A DNA stretch of 64,000 bases. Origin: a virus. Below the pieces are notes generated by a model. That model was not told the DNA's origin. It saw only the letters and a list, made by a program, of their open reading frames with translations, and ran no database searches. Numbering within the stretch: the first letter of the stretch is position 1; each line of letters begins with the position of its first letter. The translations under genes were made by a program, and so were the position numbers. The stretch spans positions 1 through 64,000 of the IMG/VR virus record IMGVR_UViG_3300035150_000164. One strand, written 5' to 3'. This document shows, piece after piece, positions 51,241 through 59,838 of the stretch.

Positions 51241-51446
51241 TCATCTCCTAAAATAATCCCACGAGGCAATCTACTACATTCAGGACATTTGCTTAATCTC
51301 ACAGGGAAATTCGACCAACATTCCATACAAATTTTAGGCAAAACACCTCTTCGCATGTCATTATTGATCTCCTCACAAAGAGGACACCAACTAACACAAT
51401 CTCCATGTTGATCCGTAATATGCCTATCACTCGATGGTCTACACAT
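51237..51446 (-). CDS. Small Cys-rich protein
   Basis: CPLC, CMEC, CPEC; ATGA overlap. Confidence 0.55.
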   Translation of the reverse strand: MCRPSSDRHITDQHGDCVSWCPLCEEINNDMRRGVLPKICMECWSNFPVRLSKCPECSRLPRGIILGDE

Positions 51447-51460
51447 TATCTACCCACCGA

Positions 51461-51709
51461 TTATGGTTCAAGAATTTCTCCATCATTCTCTATCTCTGAA
51501 TAACTCCACTCATTAACATCTACATTCAATACATTTCCTTCTGATATATATTGATAAAATTCCCACTCAATTATTGCAACTTTATCCTTCTCGTCTTTAT
51601 AATATTCTTCAATAGCAGATTCAAAAATATCGTCCTCATCATCACTATCAACTTCTGTTGTAACCTGTACATAACCTGCAATTGGTATTTCTACATTATA
51701 TCTTGGCAT
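51461..51709 (-). CDS. Acidic early protein
   Basis: First ORF after the promoter at 51792-51820. Confidence 0.65.
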   Translation of the reverse strand: MPRYNVEIPIAGYVQVTTEVDSDDEDDIFESAIEEYYKDEKDKVAIIEWEFYQYISEGNVLNVDVNEWSYSEIENDGEILEP

Positions 51710-51791
51710 ATCATTTACTCATTTCTTATAAAAAACTCTATTCATTATATCATTCCTTTTAAGCATCTTTGCTCAATATCTAGCTTTAAAC

Positions 51792-51820
51792 AGGTTAACT
51801 TATGTTTTATGATTTGTCAA
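51792..51820 (-). promoter_or_regulatory. Sigma70-type promoter
   Basis: TTGACA-17 nt-TAACCT. Confidence 0.65.
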
Positions 51821-52345
51821 CATGAAAAGGCCAAAATTTAAAACTACTGTTACAAGTGTTGGTTACTCTAATTGGCATTTGTTGAAGAGTCTAAGTTTTA
51901 AAAGGTGCCGGTGAAGGCACTGGAATCGCTCTACCCGTCTCATAATAGTGTTGAGAAATCCTCAATCCATCATGTTAGGCTTGGAAACAGACGCTGATGA
52001 GGACGCGCTCTTCCTGTGAGTATCAATCACCATGACCACCGAGTAGATAGTCGTGGAAATGCCCACAATCGAAGCAAAAATCAACAGAATATCAGCCATT
52101 TGTACATGCCTTTCGTCAGAGTCTTCGCTGGTGCACTTGAACCACACTTACTTTTCAGATTTACTCATCCTGTCTTCTCCTCTCCTGTCTTCCTGAAAAC
52201 CCCGGTCTTTAGTAAACCAGCATCAATGAGTTTCCGTTCTATGCATCGGCACCGCCAACTAAGATACCTGTTGATTATGCTGTAGGCAAAGCGTCTCAAT
52301 TTAGCCAGTCGTTGGGACTTCACCATTTTAACCTGTCTTCTCCTC

Positions 52346-52528
52346 TCATCGCTTTTCGTGTATGAAATACTCGCAATTATTTACGGGTAACGGAATATCC
52401 GGTTTAATATATTTACGACTTTCGCACTTAATAGGCTTGTCGCCATCAAAAAAACCCTTCTCATATCGAGCACATTTCCACCTGTGCTCACATTCATGTT
52501 GCTGGCAATATGCAAAATCTCTATTCAT
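52346..52528 (-). CDS. Small Cys-rich protein
   Basis: D.AYC....C..R..C.RY pattern. Confidence 0.55.
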   Translation of the reverse strand: MNRDFAYCQQHECEHRWKCARYEKGFFDGDKPIKCESRKYIKPDIPLPVNNCEYFIHEKR

Positions 52529-52704
52529 AACGTACCATCCGTATACGTGCGCGTGCGCGCCTCTGTTTCTGCCCCTATTCTACCACCTAAAAACGCCAGA
52601 GAGCAAGAGGTGGAGCATGTAACCGGAAAGTATGGATTAAAGTGTGGGATTTACCAATTCTTTCATCGGCTCCGCCAGAGTTGCTCAGTATCTGAGTTTT
52701 AAAC

Positions 52705-52733
52705 ATGTTGCACTATATTTACCGGTTTGTCAA
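52705..52733 (-). promoter_or_regulatory. Possible sigma70-type promoter
   Basis: TGTTGACA-17 nt-CAACAT (weak -10). Confidence 0.4.
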
Positions 52734-52760
52734 CACTTTTTGTATTTTTTAATATCAATT

Positions 52761-53276
52761 CTAAAACGCAAACATCCCAATAAGCAATCCTGCTGCGAGA
52801 GCCACAACACCACCACCAACCCCATAAAATACAGCCCTAATTCTTTGCTTCTTCGCCAATTCTTTACCTTTTTTCAAATCACTCTCTCTTAATTTATATA
52901 CAAAAGCCCTGTCCTCTTCAGAGTCAGCCAACGTAACTTCACAATCGTTTATTGATTCCTCTAGAATAACGATGTCTTCATCAAGTAACGAAATCTCTTC
53001 TGTTAAATCTAAATGTAAATCACCTAACGTCTGATAGGTACTATATATCTTAAGAATAGCCCTAAAACCTTCTTCCTCAATCCCATACCAATTGTCTTCA
53101 CTAATTACAAACTTCTCAAACGGTGGAAGATCTAAATTAAGATCTATTTCTATTCCGCTTTCTCTGTCTGTTTCGCTCCCGTAACTGTTCAGCGATAGAA
53201 AGCAACTCATCAGAATCAGCACTATCAACCCTTCGGATAATATCCTCGTGTTCTTCATTTGTCCTCTTAATTTCAT
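52761..53276 (-). CDS. Membrane coiled-coil protein (spanin-like?)
   Basis: N-terminal signal, coiled coil, C-terminal TM; overlaps upstream gene. Confidence 0.5.
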   Translation of the reverse strand: MKLRGQMKNTRILSEGLIVLILMSCFLSLNSYGSETDRESGIEIDLNLDLPPFEKFVISEDNWYGIEEEGFRAILKIYSTYQTLGDLHLDLTEEISLLDEDIVILEESINDCEVTLADSEEDRAFVYKLRESDLKKGKELAKKQRIRAVFYGVGGGVVALAAGLLIGMFAF

Positions 53277-53541
53277 CTTTTATTTCCTGTCTCTTTTTTT
53301 TCAACTCTACTCTTTTATATTTCCTTGATGATTCTCTTCCTACATATTCTTCAATCTGCTTATCTGTCTTTCTCTTGTTTCTATCTACAAGTATATTGTC
53401 GCTGATTTCTTCATTCCTCCTAAATACATTCAATGCATAAATACCTACAATCAACAACAATATTACTCCACCAAACAATATCTTCCAATACCAAGGAAAA
53501 GATTTTAGTCTTTCCCATAAACTCTCAATCTTATTCTCCAT
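53137..53541 (-). CDS. Membrane-anchored coiled-coil protein (i-spanin-like?)
   Basis: N-terminal TM followed by charged coiled coil. Confidence 0.5.
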   Translation of the reverse strand: MENKIESLWERLKSFPWYWKILFGGVILLLIVGIYALNVFRRNEEISDNILVDRNKRKTDKQIEEYVGRESSRKYKRVELKKKRQEIKDEIKRTNEEHEDIIRRVDSADSDELLSIAEQLRERNRQRKRNRNRS

Positions 53542-53779
53542 TACATCTCTCCAATTTCTTTATACGCATCCACAACAACGTTGCCAGCTCTACCACTCCA
53601 AATATTTTCCATTCCAAAAGTTGTTCCTTTGATCTACTTCTAGGTAAAAGTTCTGAATACATACTATATGCCTCATCCACTAATTCCGAATGAACAGCTG
53701 TCTTCTTTCCAGGAACACCAATGTCAAGTTGAACCCTTACTTTTTCTCCACATGGCCAATCTTGTTTACGCTTCGTCAT
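53531..53779 (-). CDS. Hypothetical protein
   Basis: Packed cluster. Confidence 0.55.
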   Translation of the reverse strand: MTKRKQDWPCGEKVRVQLDIGVPGKKTAVHSELVDEAYSMYSELLPRSRSKEQLLEWKIFGVVELATLLWMRIKKLERCNGE

Positions 53780-53782
53780 GAT

Positions 53783-53980
53783 CTAGTTACTCCTATGTCT
53801 ATTTTTGTATTTTTTTAAACTAATTACATTATCATTATTATTCTTTGGTGGTAAAGCAAATTGCAAATATGTTTCATCTTCAAATTTGACAACAAGAACA
53901 CCATCTTTTGTCCATGATTCTATACAAATAGAAAGCCTATCATCTTTATACAGGTACCCATATTTCTTTCTTTCTTCCAT
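53783..53980 (-). CDS. Hypothetical protein
   Basis: Packed cluster. Confidence 0.55.
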   Translation of the reverse strand: MEERKKYGYLYKDDRLSICIESWTKDGVLVVKFEDETYLQFALPPKNNNDNVISLKKYKNRHRSN

Positions 53981-53992
53981 AGCACCAAAACC

Positions 53993-54277
53993 TTATTTTG
54001 CCCCTATAAATCTAGAATCAACATCTTCTATTATCTCATCTACAGCCGAACCAAATGCCTCTTTCTCAAACACACCAAACTCTTGCTCTTTGCGAAAATT
54101 AGCCGCTTCAACAGGATCTGGGTCTGAAATACTAAAATGCTCGTTTTCGTATGCCTCAATCTTATCTATTAATTCTTTCCGCTCCTCCCAGTCATCATCA
54201 CCTGGTCTAGCATTCCAAATTTCATCCATACGACACAAGGCTGCTTCTAAATCTGTATCATTACTTATTATCCACAT
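53993..54277 (-). CDS. HigA-like antitoxin N-terminal domain (no HTH; orphan)
   Basis: I.ND.D.EAAL.RMDEIWNA.PG......L...IEAYENEHF.I..PDPVEA. Confidence 0.7.
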   Translation of the reverse strand: MWIISNDTDLEAALCRMDEIWNARPGDDDWEERKELIDKIEAYENEHFSISDPDPVEAANFRKEQEFGVFEKEAFGSAVDEIIEDVDSRFIGAK

Positions 54278-54295
54278 CTTTAATCTCTCCTAAAA

Positions 54296-54309
54296 CGAAC
54301 TTAAGTTCG
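54296..54309. repeat. Dispersed palindrome
   Basis: CGAACTTAAGTTCG, intergenic. Confidence 0.9.
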
Positions 54310-54336
54310 CGTCTTGTCAAATGATTGCATCTGTAT

Positions 54337-55050
54337 TCAATCTACTTCTCCTGACAAAATCCGAAAAGCTGTAGCCATGCAGATTGGAACCTGTCCGTTG
54401 CCAATGGCTCTAAACCTGTCCATCCTATTGGCCATCCCATCATCCACTCTTGGTTTTCCGGGGTTGGTTTTCCAAATACTTGCACAGAATTTTGACAACA
54501 CTTGTGTTTTTGCATAGACTTTGCCGACCAATTTGCTTTTGTCGTTGGAGTATGCAAATAACCACCACCTTCTCCTAATATGGTCAGCACCCAAGTCTGA
54601 CGCTCCAATGGGAGCCCGTAATGTTTTATATCCACAACATTTAAGATCGATTTGTACTGAGCCAATCGATGACTCGCTAACATTCTCGGCCAAAATGTAA
54701 GCTGGGCATACTTGTCCAATAATTCTAAGCATTTCAACCCACATGTCTCTCGCCGTATTTCGTCCATGTGCTGCATTGCTAAATGCTTGGCATGGAAACC
54801 CTCCCGATACCACGTCAACAACTCCTCTCCAAGGTCTTCCGTCAAACGTTTCAATGTCCGACCAAATAGGGAAGGGGGGCAGGATTCCATCATCTTGTCT
54901 CTGTGCCAAAACAGCCGCACAGTAGGCATCACGCTCCACTGCGCAAACTGTTCGCCATCCGAGCAACAGTCCTCCAAGGATTCCACCACCGGCACCCGCA
55001 AAGAGTGCAAGTTCTCGAAGTCTCTCATCATTACTTTGCTGATCAACCAT
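54337..55050 (-). CDS. DNA cytosine-5 methyltransferase, alpha-like chain (motifs I-VIII, X)
   Basis: LFAGAGG, GGFPCQ, ENV, HIRRRWW, AIGNGQVP. Confidence 0.9.
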   Translation of the reverse strand: MVDQQSNDERLRELALFAGAGGGILGGLLLGWRTVCAVERDAYCAAVLAQRQDDGILPPFPIWSDIETFDGRPWRGVVDVVSGGFPCQAFSNAAHGRNTARDMWVEMLRIIGQVCPAYILAENVSESSIGSVQIDLKCCGYKTLRAPIGASDLGADHIRRRWWLFAYSNDKSKLVGKVYAKTQVLSKFCASIWKTNPGKPRVDDGMANRMDRFRAIGNGQVPICMATAFRILSGEVD

Positions 55051-55055
55051 GTCAT
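54342..55055 (-). CDS. Overlapping-frame methyltransferase beta-like chain (motif IX)
   Basis: Fully overlapping same-strand ORF ending PTPENQEWMMGWPIGWT. Confidence 0.7.
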   Translation of the reverse strand: MTWLISKVMMRDFENLHSLRVPVVESLEDCCSDGEQFAQWSVMPTVRLFWHRDKMMESCPPSLFGRTLKRLTEDLGEELLTWYREGFHAKHLAMQHMDEIRRETCGLKCLELLDKYAQLTFWPRMLASHRLAQYKSILNVVDIKHYGLPLERQTWVLTILGEGGGYLHTPTTKANWSAKSMQKHKCCQNSVQVFGKPTPENQEWMMGWPIGWTGLEPLATDRFQSAWLQLFGFCQEK

Positions 55056-55083
55056 CTTTCCAATCCTACTAAGTGCTTACACA

Positions 55084-55097
55084 CGAACTTGAGTTCG
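55084..55097. repeat. Dispersed palindrome
   Basis: CGAACTTGAGTTCG, intergenic. Confidence 0.9.
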
Positions 55098-55153
55098 TCA
55101 GTCATAAACTCCTTCTCAACTTCTGATAAAAAACATACCTTGGTACATTAACG

Positions 55154-55519
55154 TTATTGTGTATCATATTTAATTCCTCCGCGATTATTATCAAAAACAT
55201 ACCTTGGTGCACCAAAGTCAGCTATAAGCCATCTCTCCAACTCTTCAGCTGTCATCGTTGTATCCTCTTCGTTTCTCTGAACTGTTGCACCCTGACCTGT
55301 TATATCAATAATAATCGGAACTATTCCTGACCTGTAAGCAGCCGCAATACGATGAGAACCCTCAGCTGCATACCATACACCTTTACTCTCATTCCAAATT
55401 GCTCTGATTTTAGGCACCCCAAGCCTCTTCATCTCTTCTGCTACATACTCTAGATGCTCTTGGTCTGGAAGATTTGGTGCTACAATAACCATACTCTTAC
55501 TTCTCATTTTACTTGTCAA
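55154..55519 (-). CDS. ParB/Srx N-terminal-like domain protein
   Basis: WYAAEGSHRIAAA matches the GxxR motif. Confidence 0.65.
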   Translation of the reverse strand: MTSKMRSKSMVIVAPNLPDQEHLEYVAEEMKRLGVPKIRAIWNESKGVWYAAEGSHRIAAAYRSGIVPIIIDITGQGATVQRNEEDTTMTAEELERWLIADFGAPRYVFDNNRGGIKYDTQ

Positions 55520-55598
55520 TTATTCCTCCTTCAGACTCTTGAGACAAACTTGGTCTATTCTTACTTGTTTGAAATCTTCACAATGATTCAATATGCTC

Positions 55599-55880
55599 CT
55601 ATTCTAAAGCATCCCTAACAGCATCAAAAAACGTATCAACATCACTCTCTTCTTGTAATCCACGCCAATAATAATTCCATGCTTCAGTTATCTTTCTAAG
55701 AGCAATCATTTCATTACTTTCTATTGTACCTGGTATTGGCTTACCTTTTATCCACCCCTTGTTTTCTATTCCTCCTAATTCTGCTTGCTGACACGAAAGC
55801 ATTACATACACACTTCCATCATCACATACTGCAATAAGATTTCCAGCCCCATCATTTGAAATAATAATCGGTTTCCTCAT
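55599..55880 (-). CDS. Hypothetical protein
   Basis: AGGAG RBS. Confidence 0.6.
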   Translation of the reverse strand: MRKPIIISNDGAGNLIAVCDDGSVYVMLSCQQAELGGIENKGWIKGKPIPGTIESNEMIALRKITEAWNYYWRGLQEESDVDTFFDAVRDALE

Positions 55881-55882
55881 CT

Positions 55883-56332
55883 TTACTCCTTTTCAAGTAT
55901 CAAAAGTCCACTCTTTGTTAAACCACATCGCTTCCACCCTGCTTTTTTAAAACAATATCCAGGGTTAATTGATTTGACTTTTTCCGCATTAACATAGGTA
56001 TAGTGCCGCAAACCAGGCCAGCAGAAATCAGCAATGGCGTCAGCCTGTCTGATAAGGACTGAACTTTTGATTTTACTTTCGTTCCTGAAAAAACAGCAGT
56101 TGACACCTGCTTGTGGTTTTCCTGTCCGCTCATCTATACAACCATCAATAAACTTTCTCCATGCAAATATTGCATCACACTCCCACGTTCGTAATACAAT
56201 ATGTTCTCCTGGACCAATAAATTGCTTCGATTTACATCCACAACGCCTAGAATAATGACGATCAAATAATTCTCTAACATAATCATCACCATCTTTTGTA
56301 ACCCACCAATAACTTGAATCTCTTCTATTCAT
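55883..56332 (-). CDS. Mom-like / GNAT-fold DNA modification protein
   Basis: RHYS, FRNES...SS.LI, TYV, NPGYCFKKAGW. Confidence 0.6.
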   Translation of the reverse strand: MNRRDSSYWWVTKDGDDYVRELFDRHYSRRCGCKSKQFIGPGEHIVLRTWECDAIFAWRKFIDGCIDERTGKPQAGVNCCFFRNESKIKSSVLIRQADAIADFCWPGLRHYTYVNAEKVKSINPGYCFKKAGWKRCGLTKSGLLILEKE

Positions 56333-56419
56333 TTAGAACAAGGAAAATGCCTTTTTTCATCTGCATAAAATCCACCATTTTCAACTATCATTTCAGCCCA
56401 GAAAAGTTCAAAATTATTG

Positions 56420-56872
56420 TCAACAACCCTTATCATCACAATCAACCTTTGGTATTTCCGACCCAATTTCACACTCATCAGTTAACTCTTTCCCTTTTGT
56501 CTTGCGCGGCTCAGTCACTGATGGCATCTTTGGAAATTTACTAGGTGGTGGCAAACCTCTTTCAGATAAAAAAACTTTACATGATCCTTCTAGTACACCC
56601 TTTCGATAGGCCTTAAATAATTTATTTATTTCCAAAAATGCTTCATCTTTAGCAATCTCAGCATGAGAATCTGCAAGGCAATACCGATCTATCCACTGTT
56701 GCGATTCTTCTATAATCTCAGGAACACTGTCAGATGAAATTTCAAACTGCCTATGAATTACCTCTAAAATACCCTTTCTATAATAGGCCTCAGCTACTTT
56801 CCTAATTGCCTTCATAACAATATTACATTGTTCTAAACTGTCTTGTTCTAGATCTTCTTTCATCCTACTCAT
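56420..56872 (-). CDS. Hypothetical protein
   Basis: GAGGT RBS. Confidence 0.6.
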   Translation of the reverse strand: MSRMKEDLEQDSLEQCNIVMKAIRKVAEAYYRKGILEVIHRQFEISSDSVPEIIEESQQWIDRYCLADSHAEIAKDEAFLEINKLFKAYRKGVLEGSCKVFLSERGLPPPSKFPKMPSVTEPRKTKGKELTDECEIGSEIPKVDCDDKGC

Positions 56873-56886
56873 TTACCTCATATTCA

Positions 56887-56900
56887 CGAACTTAAGTTCA
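56887..56900. repeat. Dispersed palindrome (variant)
   Basis: CGAACTTAAGTTCA, gene junction. Confidence 0.8.
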
Positions 56901-57367
56901 CCTAATCAACTGAACCACAAGAATCATCACCCTCTCTAAGTCTTTTCAACTCATTACGATCCATATCAATAAGATGCTCTAACCTAACTTTATTAATACG
57001 CATTTTTTCCAACTCCAATAAAGAGTTCGTTATTCTCTCTTGAAGTTCTATTATTCTTTCTAGTTTGTTCATATAATATCCTCACCCAACCTCAACTAAA
57101 ACTATATACAGTATACTCTGTAAACATCTTTCCTCATAGTATTTTTTCATCCTTTACCGTATCAATCAAAACATAGATGTCTGAACATTACACGGACAAA
57201 TTGGCTCATTACTGTAGTACCACCCTTCAATTGGAACCATCGGAGACGGAAAATTACTGGTACGATCAAAATGCTTTCCGCCAGGGCATACCATTCTGCG
57301 GGCATCATCATACGTGTTAGCGAAAACACTCCATAGAAGACGCACACCAAAAGGCTCTCCTGGCAAC

Positions 57368-57562
57368 TCAACAACTCCCAAAATGAAAAGATATAAATCC
57401 TTCTGAATCTTCGTCTTCAATGAACTCAAGATCTTTAAGGCGACTCTTTTCCTCATCAGTAACAACAGATGGATCTACAGCTACAAAGAAAACATCATGC
57501 GAACAGTTTGTTGGCCACTCATCCTTGTTGTATTTAGAAAATATTTTCATATCATAACCCAA
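57368..57562 (-). CDS. Hypothetical protein
   Basis: ORF track; co-oriented. Confidence 0.55.
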   Translation of the reverse strand: MGYDMKIFSKYNKDEWPTNCSHDVFFVAVDPSVVTDEEKSRLKDLEFIEDEDSEGFISFHFGSC

Positions 57563-57575
57563 CCAATTCTAAAAA

Positions 57576-57589
57576 CGAACTCAAGTTCG
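57576..57589. repeat. Dispersed palindrome
   Basis: CGAACTCAAGTTCG, intergenic. Confidence 0.9.
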
Positions 57590-57591
57590 TA

Positions 57592-57840
57592 TCATTTCCT
57601 ACGCGCTCGTCTCGCTGCCTTGTTGCGTTTTCTCCTCTTTTTCTTCTCCTTTACTTTGGCTGCAAATTCCAACAACTTCTTTCCAGACTTAGTACTAGAT
57701 TCAGCAACACTTTCATCTTTGTCTTTCAAAACTGCCTTAGCATCCTCTACCAAATAATCTGGTACCTCTATACAATGCTCCAACCTATCTTTAGGTATAT
57801 CACCAATATTGCGATATACCTTACCAGTTTCTGTATCCAT
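57592..57840 (-). CDS. Hypothetical protein with basic C-terminus
   Basis: AGGAG RBS; MDTETG...RNKAARRARRK. Confidence 0.65.
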   Translation of the reverse strand: MDTETGKVYRNIGDIPKDRLEHCIEVPDYLVEDAKAVLKDKDESVAESSTKSGKKLLEFAAKVKEKKKRRKRNKAARRARRK

Positions 57841-57869
57841 CTCTATTCTCCTTCACATTTATGAAATAT

Positions 57870-58268
57870 TCAACATGGCCAAAAATAACATAAATCATCT
57901 GATTCTGTCCAACCAAGCTTCCCGTAAAAACCCTTGTCCTTGCGCAAAAGATTGCTCCTATGCGCTGCATGAAACCGATCTTCCCCAAACCACCAAGGAA
58001 ACTCAACCGAATCTATCGCTACACCTGAAAGAGACATATTGTTGTTGAAACCACGCCTCTTCCACTCAATAATCATGACATCCCCATAAACTTGTAAAGC
58101 ATCTTCGTAACCTACCCACATCTTTACGGCAGGATGCTTGCGCCAACTGTTGTTTGTCCGTATCGAATTATAGATCTGCCTCGCCTCTACCCTCTGTTTA
58201 CCAAGACGCCTCCAATCCAATACTTGTGCTGATTTTAAGAAATCTGAATAAGGTAAAAATGTCTGCAT
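57870..58268 (-). CDS. Pyrimidine-dimer DNA glycosylase-like protein
   Basis: MQTFLPY.DF..SA..LD..RLGKQRVEA.QI, HPAVKMW.GY, HRSNLLRKD, Y.WP. Confidence 0.85.
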   Translation of the reverse strand: MQTFLPYSDFLKSAQVLDWRRLGKQRVEARQIYNSIRTNNSWRKHPAVKMWVGYEDALQVYGDVMIIEWKRRGFNNNMSLSGVAIDSVEFPWWFGEDRFHAAHRSNLLRKDKGFYGKLGWTESDDLCYFWPC

Positions 58269-58292
58269 TAAATTCCTTCACCTGTCAAAAAA

Positions 58293-58306
58293 CGAACTCA
58301 AGTTCG
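58293..58306. repeat. Dispersed palindrome
   Basis: CGAACTCAAGTTCG, intergenic. Confidence 0.9.
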
Positions 58307-58500
58307 CCTGCCCTTATTCTCCATCCACTCTTTCAGAATCTTATCAACCCGCTCCCTGGCGATGCTGTCAAGCTCTTCTTTTATTAATACCATCCAGACG
58401 ACCTCCGATGGACATCTCGCCCATCATTTATAGGTAACTTTACCACCCTTATGGGCAACCGCTTTCTTTTTTGCCGCCAAGAGTTCCATCACTGCTTATC

Positions 58501-58911
58501 TCAATCCGGATTTCTAAACGACCCTTTTGATACCTTCGTAATCCATTCATCGAGGGCGTCAACAAGCTCGATATCATTTCGAACGAACCTTTCATTGACT
58601 AGAATATCTCCGTTTTTCTTTAGAGCAATTTCGAGCCTCGCTCCATTCTCACCAACAAGAAACAGTGCCACACTCGCTGGATCTTCATTTGCCCTCAAAT
58701 CAATCGTTACATCGTTCTCTGACATTTGACTCCTTGCTCGCGCCTTCTCCGAATTACATTCACCAAACTCTTCATCGTAAGACCGACATCTACCACAAGA
58801 GTCAATATGTTTTGCCCTTTCGAAAAAGTCACAGTTCACCCTTCCATTTCTCTCACCGTATCCACCGTATTCGCAAACTAAAAGATTCATAATTTTACAT
58901 CCGTTTTTCAT
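58501..58911 (-). CDS. Hypothetical protein
   Basis: GGAGGAG RBS. Confidence 0.6.
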   Translation of the reverse strand: MKNGCKIMNLLVCEYGGYGERNGRVNCDFFERAKHIDSCGRCRSYDEEFGECNSEKARARSQMSENDVTIDLRANEDPASVALFLVGENGARLEIALKKNGDILVNERFVRNDIELVDALDEWITKVSKGSFRNPD

Positions 58912-58970
58912 TATTCTCCTCCATTTACCTCCGCTCAGACTAAAACTCCTACTCTTAATCTATGACACAA

Positions 58971-59342
58971 TCACTTACCGCTCCTGCTAACGCTCTCGCT
59001 CCCGCGCCCACTCCCGCTCCTGCTACCGATCCCGCTCCTACGCCCGCTCCTACTACCGCTCCATCTCCTACTCACACTCCATCTCCAGTTCCCGCTACCG
59101 CTCCCGCTCCTGCTAACGCTCCAGCCCCCACTCACGCTCCAGCCCCCACTCACGTTCCTGCTACCGCTTATGCTCCAGCTCCTGCTCCCGTTCCCACTCC
59201 AACTCCAACTCACGATCCTGCTCCCACTTCTGCTCCAGTTCTTGCTCCCGTTCCAACTCCAGATCCAACTCCCGCTACAACTCCCACTCCAACTCCTGCT
59301 CCCGCGACCACTCCTGCACCTACGCCTTGATGAAAATATCAT
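58971..59342 (-). CDS. Ser/Arg/Trp/Gly dipeptide-repeat peptide 3
   Basis: MIFSSR...SRSGK; ATGA overlap with unit 2. Confidence 0.65.
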   Translation of the reverse strand: MIFSSRRRCRSGRGSRSWSGSCSGSWIWSWNGSKNWSRSGSRIVSWSWSGNGSRSWSISGSRNVSGGWSVSGGWSVSRSGSGSGNWRWSVSRRWSGSRSGRRSGIGSRSGSGRGSESVSRSGK

Positions 59343-59578
59343 TTTCCGCTCCCGCTCCTGCTTATGCTCACGCTCCCACTCACGCTCCTACGCCCACTCC
59401 AACTCCTGCTCCCGCTTATGCTCCAACTCCTGCTCTCGTTCCCACTCCCGCTCCAACTCCCATTCCAATTCCCGCTTCTGCTCCAACTCCAATTACTGCT
59501 ACAACTCACGCTCCTGCTTATGCTCCCTCCCACGCTCACGCTCACATTCCAACTCCTGCTCCTTGATGAAAATATCAT
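59339..59578 (-). CDS. Ser/Arg/Trp/Gly dipeptide-repeat peptide 2
   Basis: MIFSSR...SRSGSGK; ATGA overlap with unit 1. Confidence 0.65.
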   Translation of the reverse strand: MIFSSRSRSWNVSVSVGGSISRSVSCSSNWSWSRSGNWNGSWSGSGNESRSWSISGSRSWSGRRSVSGSVSISRSGSGK

Positions 59579-59838
59579 TTTCCGCTCCCGCTCCTGCTTA
59601 TGCTCACGCTCCCACTCACGCTCCTACGCCCACTCCAACTCCTGCTCCCGCTTATGCTCCAACTCCTGCTCTCGTTCCCACTCCCGCTTCTGCTCCAACT
59701 CCCATTCCAATTCCCGCTCCTGCTCCAACTCCAATTACTGCTACAACTCACGCTCCTGCTTATGCTCCCGCTCCTGCTCCTGCTCCCGCTCACGCTCATT
59801 CTCACATTCCAACTCCTGCTCCTTGATGAAAATATCAT
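59575..59838 (-). CDS. Ser/Arg/Trp/Gly dipeptide-repeat peptide 1
   Basis: ATG at 59838 overlaps the Sm-like gene stop (ATGA). Confidence 0.65.
   Translation of the reverse strand: MIFSSRSRSWNVRMSVSGSRSRSGSISRSVSCSSNWSWSRSGNWNGSWSRSGSGNESRSWSISGSRSWSGRRSVSGSVSISRSGSGK

Larger units (their letters stand above)
58971..59838. repeat. Three tandem units of hexamer-periodic low-complexity DNA
   Basis: Each unit is bounded by CCTTGATGAAAATATCAT; units 1 and 2 nearly identical apart from hexamer indels. Confidence 0.9.

Noticed and set aside
55084-55519. Palindrome as a parS site for the adjacent ParB-like protein
   Set aside because: The protein has only the N-terminal domain with no HTH, no ParA is seen, and the motif does not match parS.
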